Positions 1-8,501 of a DNA stretch of 64,000 nt are shown here, piece after piece. The first letter of the stretch is position 1; every line of letters begins with the position of its first letter. The translations under genes were made by a program, and so were the position numbers. The stretch lies in NCBI GenBank assembly GCA_026401035.1, contig JAPLNR010000051.1, positions 15,114 through 79,113 on the forward strand. The letters run 5' to 3'. The notes beneath the pieces are model-generated. The model was not told where the DNA came from, ran no database searches, and saw only the letters and a program-made list of their open reading frames with translations. The stretch comes from Planctomycetia bacterium (GTDB lineage: Bacteria; Planctomycetota; Planctomycetia; Pirellulales; UBA1268).

Positions 1-1854
1 GCGCGGTCCGCCGCGGCTGCCGCGGGAGCGCGTCCCTGCGAGCTTGCGTGCATTGCGGCGACGCTCGACGATGCGATCGAGGTCCTGCCCGGGCATGGCG
101 GCGGCCTCACCTCCGTGGCGTTTGCAGCCGATGGCCGGCGGGCGGTGACGGGGAGCGTCGACGGCACGGCGCGGATTTGGACACTCGCCGATCAGGGCAG
201 CACCGTGCTGCGGGGCCACGAGGGCACGGTGTGGGGCGTCGCCCTGTCGCACGACGGCCGGCTCGCGGCCACGGCCTCGGCCGACAAGACGGTGCGGCTC
301 TGGGAGGCGGCGACCGGCCGAGCGGTCGCGATCCTGCGCGGCCATACGGCCACGGTCTATGCTGTCGACTTCACGCCGGATGACACGGGGCTGGTGAGCG
401 GCTCCCGCGACAAGACGGCCCGGCTCTGGGATGTCGGCAGTGGCACGGAAACCCGGCGGTTCACCGGGCACGAGGGCACGGTCTACGCCGTCAGCATCGC
501 GGCCGACGGCCAGCGACTGGCGACCGGTTCGCTCGACAAGACCGTGCGGCTCTGGGAGCCGTCGACGGCCCGGCAGACCGCCGTGCTCACCGGACACGAA
601 GAGCGGGTCTTTTCGGTCAGTTTCACACCCGACGGCAGGCGCCTGGCGAGTGGCTCGCAGGATGGCACCGCGCGGATCTGGGATGTGATCGCCGCCACGC
701 AGTTGGCCGTGCTGCGTCATCCGCTGCGGGTCAACGCGGTGGCCTTCTCCGCCGACGGCCGCCGGCTCGCCACCGGCACGGGCGATGCGTTGCTCCGGAT
801 CTGGGATCCTGAAGCGGGCCGCGAGCTGCGTCAGCTGCGGGGCCATGGCGACGCGGTCTGGGCTGTCGCGGCTGCGCCGGCCGGCGACCAATTCGTGACG
901 GCGTCGGAGGATGCGACGGCCCGGCTGTGGGATGCCGATGGCGGCTCGGATCCGGTCCTGCGGAGCGCTGCCCGCCTACTCACGGTCGCGTTTACAGCCG
1001 ACGGCGGCAGGGCGGCCGTCGGCGGGGCGGATTCAGTCGTCAGGCTGTGGGATCCGCACCGCTGCCGGGAAGACGGCCGGTTCACGATGGACGCGGGACG
1101 GGTCAATGCGGTCTGTTTTTCGCCCGATGGTGCGACGCTCGCCGCCGCCTGCGATGAGAGCGGGTTATTGCTGCCGACGATCGCAAGCGCCGACGTCGAG
1201 CCCGTCCGCCTCGGCGGCCACGACAAGCGGGTCTATTCGATCGCGTTCTCGCCCGACGGCACCCGGCTGGTCACGGCATCGGCGGACCGCACGGCACGCA
1301 TCTGGAGCCACCACACGCAGACGGAGCTCGCCTCGCTACCGCATCCGCAACGGGTATTTTGCGCGGCGTTTTCGCCCGACGGCAGCCGCGTGGCGACGGC
1401 CTGCGGAGATCGACTGGTGCGAATCTTTGCCGCCGACTCAGGCCGCGAGATCGAGCGCAACAGCGGACACGAGGGGCAGGTCAACTGGCTGGCCTTCTCG
1501 GCCGACGGGGCGAGTCTCGTGTCGGCATCGTCCGATGCGACGGCCCGAATCTGGTCGCTGCGGGGCGGCCGGCAGCGGCACGTGCTCCGGGGCTCCACGG
1601 CCCAACTCTGGAAGGCGGCCTGGTCGCCGGACGGCACACGTGTGGCGGCCGCGTCGGCCGACGGCACGGTCTATCTCTGGGATGCCGCGAGCGGCCGGCA
1701 GGTGCTCGCCCTCCGCGGCCACGAGGATCAGGTGTGGGCCCTGGCCTTCGCGCCGGACGGCGGATCGCTCCTCACCGGCTCGTGGGACAAGTCGGCCCGG
1801 CTCTGGGGCCGCACACCGGCGGAAGTCGCCGGCAGCCGTCGCGATTCCAATTGA
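1..1854 (+). CDS. WD40-repeat protein (5' end lies outside the window)
   Basis: Frame 1 is open from nt 1, with no stop before the GTG listed at 115. About 14 tandem ~42-aa units follow the form GH.g.V..VaFsPDG..LAtgS.DkTaRlWd. Stop at 1852-1854. Confidence 0.85.
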   Translation, partial: ARSAAAAAGARPCELACIAATLDDAIEVLPGHGGGLTSVAFAADGRRAVTGSVDGTARIWTLADQGSTVLRGHEGTVWGVALSHDGRLAATASADKTVRLWEAATGRAVAILRGHTATVYAVDFTPDDTGLVSGSRDKTARLWDVGSGTETRRFTGHEGTVYAVSIAADGQRLATGSLDKTVRLWEPSTARQTAVLTGHEERVFSVSFTPDGRRLASGSQDGTARIWDVIAATQLAVLRHPLRVNAVAFSADGRRLATGTGDALLRIWDPEAGRELRQLRGHGDAVWAVAAAPAGDQFVTASEDATARLWDADGGSDPVLRSAARLLTVAFTADGGRAAVGGADSVVRLWDPHRCREDGRFTMDAGRVNAVCFSPDGATLAAACDESGLLLPTIASADVEPVRLGGHDKRVYSIAFSPDGTRLVTASADRTARIWSHHTQTELASLPHPQRVFCAAFSPDGSRVATACGDRLVRIFAADSGREIERNSGHEGQVNWLAFSADGASLVSASSDATARIWSLRGGRQRHVLRGSTAQLWKAAWSPDGTRVAAASADGTVYLWDAASGRQVLALRGHEDQVWALAFAPDGGSLLTGSWDKSARLWGRTPAEVAGSRRDSN

Positions 1855-1885
1855 TCGCAGCGCGGCAGGCGTGTTTGACAGTCGC

Positions 1886-2824
1886 TCAGGCCGTGGCAGC
1901 CGACAGCACCTGGCCGAGCGTTTCCTGCAGCACGGCGGCGCTCCGCTTGAGGCCCTGCAGTTCCTTCGGCCAGAGGTCGATCTCGATCGTCCGCTCGGCG
2001 CCCGCGCGGCCCACCACCGTCGGCACGGAGATCGCCACGTCGCGGAGTCCGTAGGCCCCCGTCTGCACGGTCGACACGGGCAGCACCCGCTTGCTGTCGA
2101 GCGCGATCGCGTGGATCACCTCCGCGATCGACACGCCGACGGCAAAGCCGGCACCGGTCTTTTTCTTGATCATCTCCGCGCCCGAGGTCTTCGCCCGGGT
2201 GAAGACGTCCTGCCCGAGTTTGGCCGTGTAGCCGGGCCACTTTTCGAGCGGCAGGCCCGCGATGCTGGCACTGCTCCAGACTGGCACCATGCTGTCGCCG
2301 TGCTCGCCGAGGATCATCGCCTGCACCTGCGTGGCCGGGCACTTGAGGTTCATGGCGAGCAGGCTGCGGAAGCGGAGCGTGTCGAGCAGCGTGCCGAGGC
2401 CGATCACGCGGCTCTGCGGCAGGCCCAGATCCTTGGCGGCCAGGTAGGTGAGGATATCGACCGGATTGGAGACCACGAGCACGATCGCGTCGCGTCGCAT
2501 TCCCTTCGCCTTGATCGAGCCGAGGATCGTCCTAAAGAGTTCGACGTTGCGGTTGATCAGCGCGAGCCGGCTCTCGTCGGGCTTGCGGCGCAGGCCTGCC
2601 GTGATGCAGATGAGATCGGCATCGACGAGATCCTCGTAGCCGCCGGCATGGATCGACTGGTCGGCGATCGCCGCCGTGCCGTGCAGCATGTCGAGGGCCT
2701 GGCCGTCGGCCAGGTCTGCATTGGCGTCGACGAGCACGATCTCGTGCACGATGCCGCCGAGTTGCAGGGCAAACCCCGCCGACGAGCCGACGATCCCGCC
2801 GCCGCCGATGATTCCGACCTTCAC
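1886..2824 (-). CDS. LDH/MDH-family 2-hydroxyacid dehydrogenase (Arg at the substrate-discriminating loop position, so MDH-like)
   Basis: 312 aa with a GTG start. N-terminal Rossmann motif IIGGGGIVG, substrate loop TAGLRRKPDESRLAL, DTLRFR, and catalytic-His motif LGEHGDS. Last gene on the same strand as the BMC operon, 53 nt after the aldolase. Confidence 0.85.
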   Translation of the reverse strand: MKVGIIGGGGIVGSSAGFALQLGGIVHEIVLVDANADLADGQALDMLHGTAAIADQSIHAGGYEDLVDADLICITAGLRRKPDESRLALINRNVELFRTILGSIKAKGMRRDAIVLVVSNPVDILTYLAAKDLGLPQSRVIGLGTLLDTLRFRSLLAMNLKCPATQVQAMILGEHGDSMVPVWSSASIAGLPLEKWPGYTAKLGQDVFTRAKTSGAEMIKKKTGAGFAVGVSIAEVIHAIALDSKRVLPVSTVQTGAYGLRDVAISVPTVVGRAGAERTIEIDLWPKELQGLKRSAAVLQETLGQVLSAATA

Positions 2825-2877
2825 AATATGTTCTCCAAAAGTGTGACAGGAGCAGGACAGGCTTCAGCCGGTCATAC

Positions 2878-3774
2878 TCAGGCAGCGGTGATTCCCAATT
2901 GCCTGCAGACCTGTTCCGTGACCGCCTTCACGAGGGCCTCCTGATCGAGGCCGGCCGCCGGCTGCACGGGAGCCGAGCCGGCGCCCATCGGGGGCGGCGC
3001 GTCGAAGGCCTTGCGGTCGACGCCGGTGTTGCCCCAGCTGGAACGGAAGACGTCGTTGGCGCAGATGTCGCAGTTTTCCATCCCCTTCTCGAGCCGGGGG
3101 TCGGTGTAGCCCCACTTCTGCTTGAGGTCGAGCAGTTCCTGCGTCTCCTGCTTGGTGAGGTAGGTCACCCGGCCGAGATCCTTCGCCAGCATCAGGATGC
3201 GGCAATAGGCGTCGAGGATCTCCGTCCACCAGTAGGCTTTTTCGACCGTCTCGCCGAAGCTCACGGTGCCGTGGTTGGCGAGGATCACGACGTTGGAACT
3301 CTTCACGTAGGGCTTGACCGTGTCGGCGAATTTCTGGCCGCCGGGAGTCTCGTAGCGCGTGATCGGCACGTCGCCGAGAAACACCTCGACCTCGGGCAGC
3401 ACGCACTGCGGAATCGGCTCGCGGGCCACCGCGAAGGCCGTGGCATGCGGCGGGTGGCAGTGCACCACGCTGTTGATGTCGGGACGTTCCTTCATGATCG
3501 TGAGATGCAGGAGGATTTCGCTCGACCGCTTCCGCTGGCCGGCCACCTGGTTGCCCTCCATGTCGACGATGCAGAGGTCGGAGGGCTTCATGAAGCCCTT
3601 CGAGATCATCGTCGGGGTGCAGAGCACCTCGTTGGGTCCGAGGCGGAAGGAGATGTTGCCGTCGTTGCCGGCTGCGAAGCCCTTGTTGTAGATCCGGCGG
3701 CCGATGTCGCAGATCTCTTCCTTGAGCTGATTGAGCGGTTTGGTTGCCATTTTTCCTGAGGGGTTGGTTGCCAT
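2878..3774 (-). CDS. Class II aldolase/adducin-family enzyme (fuculose/rhamnulose-phosphate aldolase-like) with a C-terminal extension
   Basis: 298 aa. HCHPPHATAF metal-binding His motif and GNDGNISFR near the N-terminus. A ~70-aa C-terminal extension ends in the amphipathic helix QEALVKAVTEQVCRQLGI. An alternative in-frame ATG at 3750 is preceded by AGGAAA. Confidence 0.9.
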   Translation of the reverse strand: MATNPSGKMATKPLNQLKEEICDIGRRIYNKGFAAGNDGNISFRLGPNEVLCTPTMISKGFMKPSDLCIVDMEGNQVAGQRKRSSEILLHLTIMKERPDINSVVHCHPPHATAFAVAREPIPQCVLPEVEVFLGDVPITRYETPGGQKFADTVKPYVKSSNVVILANHGTVSFGETVEKAYWWTEILDAYCRILMLAKDLGRVTYLTKQETQELLDLKQKWGYTDPRLEKGMENCDICANDVFRSSWGNTGVDRKAFDAPPPMGAGSAPVQPAAGLDQEALVKAVTEQVCRQLGITAA

Positions 3775-3817
3775 GGTGGTTCTCTGAAACTCCGTGGGGC
3801 TCTGAAACGATTATGAA

Positions 3818-4204
3818 TTACTTTTTCGGTTGCGGTCGGCCTGGCGGTGAACCTGCTCGCGAGGGTCGTGCGGGTCGCGACGGGCGTGCGGGTCGTGCTG
3901 GCCCTGCGGCGGACTTTTCGCCGGTCTCCGGGATATCGAGCTGGTCGATGATCGCGGCGATGTAGGCGTCGATCGGTTTGTCTTCTGGATCGAACGGTTG
4001 GGCGGCCTCGCCCCCTTCGCTGAAAGCGACGAGCTGCCCTTCGCCGGCGCCCAGATCGTCCCAGGCCACGAGCGGTTCGGCCGGGCCATCACCGGCGGCG
4101 AGGTCGGCCGTCGCCAGCGGCACGACGACGCGAAACACGCCGCCGCGGATGTTCGCGTGGGGCTCGACGAGGGTCACGGTGCCGATCGTTTTTCCGAGTC
4201 GCAT
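3818..4204 (-). CDS. BMC vertex protein (BMC-P, EutN/CcmL family) with a 37-aa Pro/Arg-rich C-terminal tail
   Basis: The track ORF (3818..4399) is trimmed to the internal ATG at 4204 (MRLGKTIGTVTLVEPH...). The EutN-like core ends at ...IDAYIAAIIDQLDI. The tail is PETGEKSAAGPARPARPSRPARPSRAGSPPGRPQPKK. Confidence 0.8.
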   Translation of the reverse strand: MRLGKTIGTVTLVEPHANIRGGVFRVVVPLATADLAAGDGPAEPLVAWDDLGAGEGQLVAFSEGGEAAQPFDPEDKPIDAYIAAIIDQLDIPETGEKSAAGPARPARPSRPARPSRAGSPPGRPQPKK

Positions 4205-4242
4205 GGTGAGTGGTCGCGGGTGTGGGGGCGAAAGGGAGTGGG

Positions 4243-4995
4243 CTAGTGGGAGTGGCTTTGGCAGGCACACGGCGTGGCGGCGGACTGCAGTTCGGCTGGA
4301 GACGGTCCGAGATCCCGCCGCGCGAAATCGACGCAGACGCGTTCGAGGCTGCCGGCGGAAAAATCCTTCGGGTTCACCACGAGCAGGTTGGCGGCGCACT
4401 CGGTGGCGGCGGCGAGGAGCGTGGCCGCATCGCGGGCGGTCGCGGCCCGCAGGCTGGCCGAGCGGTTGGCAAGCACGACGGCCACGGCGGGCCGGCCCGT
4501 GAGCAGGATGGCCCGGGCGCCGTCCCTGGAAACGTGCAGCGCAAAGGCGTCGATCGCATCGGCCAGGCCGGTCGCCGGCAATTGCTGCGATCCGGGCACG
4601 CCGCGGGCGATCGCCGCACAGCGGCCGCTGACATCGGCGGCACAGTCGGCCCGGCCGATCACAAGCGGCCGCGGGCTGGCGTTTGTCCCCGCGCCGGCAC
4701 CGGCAGTGCGGACGATCTCGATCCCCGTATCGCGGGCAAATTCGCGGGCCGAGGGGGTGACCACGGCCCCGGCCACAACGTTGATCTGCCGCGTGCCGGC
4801 CGGCAGTTTTTCGAGCAGGGCGAGCGTGAGCACCTTGTCCGGGATGGCGACACCGGCGGCCTGTTGCGGCCGGCCGTAGGTCGATGGTCGAGCCGCTGCC
4901 GCCGGCCGCGGCGTCTCTGCCCCCGACTGCAGACGGGCGAGAACCTCGGCGACGATTCGGCTGACATCGACGGCGGTGAAGGATGGTGTTGGCAT
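4243..4995 (-). CDS. Hypothetical BMC-associated protein with an N-terminal encapsulation-peptide-like helix and a degenerate RpiB/LacAB-like C-terminal half
   Basis: 250 aa, embedded between two BMC-P genes on the operon strand. N-terminus is DVSRIVAEVLARLQ followed by a Pro/Ala linker. By eye, the C-terminal segment ILLTGRPAVAVVLANRSASLRAATARDAATLLAAATECAANLLVVNP aligns to the RpiB core [26 protein letters not shown]...NVLAFG, but without the catalytic Cys. Confidence 0.6.
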   Translation of the reverse strand: MPTPSFTAVDVSRIVAEVLARLQSGAETPRPAAAARPSTYGRPQQAAGVAIPDKVLTLALLEKLPAGTRQINVVAGAVVTPSAREFARDTGIEIVRTAGAGAGTNASPRPLVIGRADCAADVSGRCAAIARGVPGSQQLPATGLADAIDAFALHVSRDGARAILLTGRPAVAVVLANRSASLRAATARDAATLLAAATECAANLLVVNPKDFSAGSLERVCVDFARRDLGPSPAELQSAATPCACQSHSH

Positions 4996-5020
4996 ATATG
5001 GGATGGCTGGCTGGGTGTTT

Positions 5021-5284
5021 TCAGGCGTTGTCGATGAGGGCGATCGTGCTCCAGCGGGCAGGCGTGGTGCTGCTCTTGAGCAGGTCGCGGAGCAGGCGGC
5101 CGTCGCTCGTGATCAGCACCAGGTCGCCCGGCCCGGCCGACACGGTGTCGACCGAAATCTGCGGGTCGCCGTCCGGAGCCTTGCCATCGGCCATCAACGG
5201 CTGCACGACGAGCAGCTTTGCTCCTTCGAGCGACGGGTGTTTCACCGTCGCGGTCGCGGTTCCGATGACGCGGGCCAGTTGCAT
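5021..5284 (-). CDS. BMC vertex protein (BMC-P, EutN/CcmL family)
   Basis: 87 aa. MQLARVIGTATATVKHPSLEGAKLLVVQP...DTVSAGPGDLVLITS...STIALIDNA is a typical EutN/CcmL pattern. Confidence 0.9.
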   Translation of the reverse strand: MQLARVIGTATATVKHPSLEGAKLLVVQPLMADGKAPDGDPQISVDTVSAGPGDLVLITSDGRLLRDLLKSSTTPARWSTIALIDNA

Positions 5285-5297
5285 ACAGGATTGGGGG

Positions 5298-6785
5298 TTA
5301 GTGGCTGATCGAGTCGGCGCTGCCGAGGATCCGCAGGTCGTCGACGAGCGTGCAGCGCCGTTGCCGCGTGAACGTCAGCGGCGTGGTCACGCCTTCGCCG
5401 GTGGGCGTGGCGATCGAGAACGACAGATAGCCCTCGCCGCCGAGGCCGAGGCCCGCCACGCTCGCGCCGTTCTTCACGAACAGCGTGGTGTCGAGCAGCC
5501 GGCCCATCCGCGTCATGTTGCGAACGTTGCTGGAGTGGATGATCGCCGTGTGGCGGAAGCCGTGCTCGCTCTCGTGGGCAAGGCGGATCGCCTCGTCGGC
5601 GTCCTTGCACCGCACGAAGGGCAGGAACGGCATCATCTGTTCGGTGGGTACGAAGGGGTTGTCGTTGTCGGTCTCGCCGAAGACGAGCTCGAGACCCTCG
5701 CGGCCCACGGCGCCGGCCGCCTGGGCGAGCACGTTCGCGTCTTGGCCGATCAGTTCCTTGCAGGGCACGGGATGCCGGTGGGCGCCCTCACCGGCCATGA
5801 CGATCGCCCGCTTGGTGAGCGCGTCGACCTGCTGGGCATTTAGCCGCAGGGCGCCCGCCCGTTCCATCGCCGCCATCATCTGCTCGAAGACGCTCGCCAC
5901 GACGAAGACCTGCTTTTCGCCGATGCAGAGCAGGTTGTTGTCGTACGACGCGCCGTAGATGATCGACCGGGCGGCGTTGTCGAGGTCGGCCGTCTCGTCG
6001 ACCACGACGGGCGGATTGCCTGGGCCGGCCACGATCGCCCGCTTGCTCGACTGGAGGGCGGCCTTCGCCACGGCCGGTCCGCCGGTCACGCAGATCAGTT
6101 TTACGCCACGGTGGTTGAACAGGGCCCCGGCGGTGTCGAGCGTCGGCTCGGCGATGAGGCAGATGAGATTGTCGATGCCGATGTCGCGGTGGATCGCCTG
6201 GTTGAACCGCCGCACGCCCTCGGCCGCGACCTGCTTGCCGCTCGGGTGCGGGTTGACGACCACGGTGTTGCCCGCCGCGATCATGTTCACCGCGTTGCAG
6301 GCGATCGTGGGCAGCGAGTGGGTGACCGGCGTGATCGCGCCGATGACGCCGAACGGGGCGTTCTCGATCACGGCGAGGCCATGGTCGCCGCTAAAGACCT
6401 CGCTCTTCATGAACTCCACGCCCGGCACCTTTTCGCCCAAGACCTTCAGCTTCTCGATCTTGTGCTCGAGCCGCCCGACCTTCGTCTCTGCAAACTCCAT
6501 GCGGCCGAGTTCTTCGGCGTCGTCGATCGAGATCCGGCGGATGTGGGCGATCGCCTTCTTGCGGCCCTCGACACCGAGCCGTTCCAGCTGCTCGAAGGCT
6601 TCCTGCGCCGCCCGGACGGCGTCATCGACCGAGCCGAAGATGCCGTGGTGGCCGGTGAACGAGCCGCCGCCCGCCGCGGATCGCGCGGCCGGGACGGTGG
6701 TTGCAGAGTTTTTCAATTCCGCGATCACCTGGCGGACGATGGAGGCGATGTCGGGGGCTGTGGTGGTGGTCATAGTGCGGTTCAT
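5298..6785 (-). CDS. CoA-acylating aldehyde dehydrogenase (PduP/EutE-like) with an N-terminal encapsulation peptide
   Basis: 495 aa. Catalytic-Cys context [10 protein letters not shown] and the aldehyde dehydrogenase fold motif [11 protein letters not shown]-terminal [14 protein letters not shown] is followed by an Ala/Gly linker. An alternative ATG lies at 6773. Confidence 0.9.
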   Translation of the reverse strand: MNRTMTTTTAPDIASIVRQVIAELKNSATTVPAARSAAGGGSFTGHHGIFGSVDDAVRAAQEAFEQLERLGVEGRKKAIAHIRRISIDDAEELGRMEFAETKVGRLEHKIEKLKVLGEKVPGVEFMKSEVFSGDHGLAVIENAPFGVIGAITPVTHSLPTIACNAVNMIAAGNTVVVNPHPSGKQVAAEGVRRFNQAIHRDIGIDNLICLIAEPTLDTAGALFNHRGVKLICVTGGPAVAKAALQSSKRAIVAGPGNPPVVVDETADLDNAARSIIYGASYDNNLLCIGEKQVFVVASVFEQMMAAMERAGALRLNAQQVDALTKRAIVMAGEGAHRHPVPCKELIGQDANVLAQAAGAVGREGLELVFGETDNDNPFVPTEQMMPFLPFVRCKDADEAIRLAHESEHGFRHTAIIHSSNVRNMTRMGRLLDTTLFVKNGASVAGLGLGGEGYLSFSIATPTGEGVTTPLTFTRQRRCTLVDDLRILGSADSISH

Positions 6786-6834
6786 TCCTCAAATGGTTCG
6801 GAGTCGCCGGCCGGGCTGTCCGCTGTGTTGTGGG

Positions 6835-7143
6835 CTAGGTTCGGTGAAAAACTTCCTTGCCTTCGATCCGGACGGTGTCGACGAGGCCGATCACGACCGC
6901 GTCGATGGGGAGCGATTTGGTTTCGGGGGTGAGCCGGGCGCTCGAGCCCTGGGTGACCAGGACAAACTGCCCCTCGCCGGCGCCGAGCGTGTCGACGGCG
7001 ATGAACGTGCGGCCGGTCGACACCAGCCGGTCACGCGACTTCTCATCCAGCCGGTAGGGTTCGACGACCAGCAGTTTGTGGCCCGTCATCGAGACGGCCT
7101 TCTGCGTGGCCACCACCGCGCCGGTCACGAGGGCAACGAACAT
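6835..7143 (-). CDS. BMC vertex protein (BMC-P, EutN/CcmL family)
   Basis: 102 aa. MFVALVTGAVVATQKAVSMTGHKLLVVEP...AVDTLGAGEGQFVLV...DAVVIGLVD. Its ATG (7141-7143) overlaps the ackA stop (7143-7145). Confidence 0.9.
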   Translation of the reverse strand: MFVALVTGAVVATQKAVSMTGHKLLVVEPYRLDEKSRDRLVSTGRTFIAVDTLGAGEGQFVLVTQGSSARLTPETKSLPIDAVVIGLVDTVRIEGKEVFHRT

Positions 7144-8384
7144 CAGCCACCTTTTCCTTCTGCTTGAGAAGCCGTCGCGAGCAGGTCACGAGCCTGCCGC
7201 GCCACGACCAGTTCCTCGTTCGTGGGAATCACCCAGATCGCCACCCGCGACGTCGGGGCGTGGATCGACCGTTCGTCGGTCCCCTGCGCCGCGTTTTTCG
7301 CCGGATCGATCGCGATTCCCAGATCCTCGAGGCCGTTCACGACGGCCGCCCGCGTCAGCGGCGAGTTTTCGCCGATGCCGCCCGCGAAGCCGATCGCATC
7401 CAGGCCCCCCAACTCCACGATCCCGGCCCCGAGCCAGTGCCTGATCGACGCCACGTAGACATCGATCGCGGTCTGCGCCCGCCTGCTGCCCGCCGCGGCA
7501 GCCTCTTCCAGGTCCCGCATGTCGCCGGAGGTGCCCGACATGCCCGCGAGGCCGCTCTGGCTCGAAAGCTCCACGAGCAGGTCCTCGAATCCCCGCCCGG
7601 TCGCCTTCGCCACGTGGATCAAGGCGAAGGGATCGAAGTCGCCGGCCCGGTTGTTCTGGGGCAGGCCCGATTGCGGGCTCATCCCCATCGACGTGCCGAC
7701 GCTCTTCCCGTCCTTGATCCAGCAGACGCTGCTCGACCCGCCCAGGTGGCAGGAGATCGACCGCGGCGAGCCGCCGTTTCGTCCCGGCACGAGCGCGCCG
7801 AGCCGTTGCGACACAAACCTGTGGCTCGCGCCGTGGAAGCCCCACCGCCTCACGCGGTGCTTCTCCACCCACTCCGTCGGCACCGCGTAGAGGGCATTGC
7901 GTTCCGGAATGGTGGCATGAAAGCCCGTCTCGAACGCCGCCACGAGCGGCACCTGCGGCAGCCGTTCCCCGAGCAGTCGCATCGCCCGCACGTAGGGCGG
8001 GTTATGCGCCGGGGCCACGAGTGCCATCTCCTCCATCGCCGCCAGCACGTCGGGCGTGACCCGCACGACGCCGCTCACGCGGCCGCCGTGCACCGCCTTA
8101 AACCCGACCGCCGCCACCTCAGCCACGCTCTTGAGCGGCCCGCCCGCGCCCGTGAGCTGCTCGATCGCCGCCGCCAGGGCGACGGCATGATCGGGCACGG
8201 GCCTGACGGCCTCGAGCGGCGTGGAGCCGATCTTCGCGTAGACACGGCTTTCCGCCGCGCCGATGCGCTCGACTCCGCCACGGGCAAGCTCCTGCTCACC
8301 GCCCGCCGTTCCGCCCGTTTCAGGCAGTTCGAACAGCCGATACTTGAAGCTCGTGGATCCGAGATTGGCGACGAGAATTTTCAT
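7143..8384 (-). CDS. ackA: Acetate/propionate kinase
   Basis: The track ORF is trimmed to the ATG at 8384 (MKILVANLGSTSFKYRLFEL). Acetate kinase motifs HLGGSSSVCWIKDGKSVGTSMGMSPQSGLPQNNRAGDFDP and GGIGENS. No encapsulation-peptide-like extension. Confidence 0.9.
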   Translation of the reverse strand: MKILVANLGSTSFKYRLFELPETGGTAGGEQELARGGVERIGAAESRVYAKIGSTPLEAVRPVPDHAVALAAAIEQLTGAGGPLKSVAEVAAVGFKAVHGGRVSGVVRVTPDVLAAMEEMALVAPAHNPPYVRAMRLLGERLPQVPLVAAFETGFHATIPERNALYAVPTEWVEKHRVRRWGFHGASHRFVSQRLGALVPGRNGGSPRSISCHLGGSSSVCWIKDGKSVGTSMGMSPQSGLPQNNRAGDFDPFALIHVAKATGRGFEDLLVELSSQSGLAGMSGTSGDMRDLEEAAAAGSRRAQTAIDVYVASIRHWLGAGIVELGGLDAIGFAGGIGENSPLTRAAVVNGLEDLGIAIDPAKNAAQGTDERSIHAPTSRVAIWVIPTNEELVVARQARDLLATASQAEGKGG

Positions 8385-8501
8385 TCCGTTTTCCCAGGGT
8401 CGTTCCGGCACCGGGCCGCAGCGCCGGAGGCGCTGCCGAGCACCGGCAACCGGAGGTTGCCATGCGCAATGCGGCCATGGATGCCGCGTCGTGCGCAAAA
8501 A
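8385..8501 (-). promoter_or_regulatory. Highly structured intra-operon spacer (three stem-loops) between the shell genes and ackA
   Basis: Plus-strand inverted repeats gcagcgcc-gga-ggcgctgc (8418-8436) and ggcaacc-gga-ggttgcc (8445-8461). A third imperfect hairpin lies at 8462-8498, tgcgca..gcggc..gccgc..tgcgca. Confidence 0.35.

Noticed and set aside
911-2944. 677-aa plus-strand ORF spanning the WD40 gene, the LDH/MDH-like gene and the aldolase 3' end
   Set aside because: It is out of frame with, or antisense to, genes that have strong motif support. It has low-complexity Arg/Ala/Ser/Pro composition and crosses a convergent gene boundary.
3782-3808. Possible CRISPR-like repeat (GTTTCAGAG twice)
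   Set aside because: There are only two 9-nt copies with a 9-nt spacer inside an operon leader. This is far too short and too few for a CRISPR array. It is kept only as a low-interest leader repeat.
4218-4250. G-quadruplex-type motif GGG-TGT-GGGGG-CGAAA-GGG-AGT-GGG on the plus strand, between the unknown BMC ORF and BMC-P
   Set aside because: G-tract runs of this kind are expected by chance at this GC content, and nothing ties it to a function.
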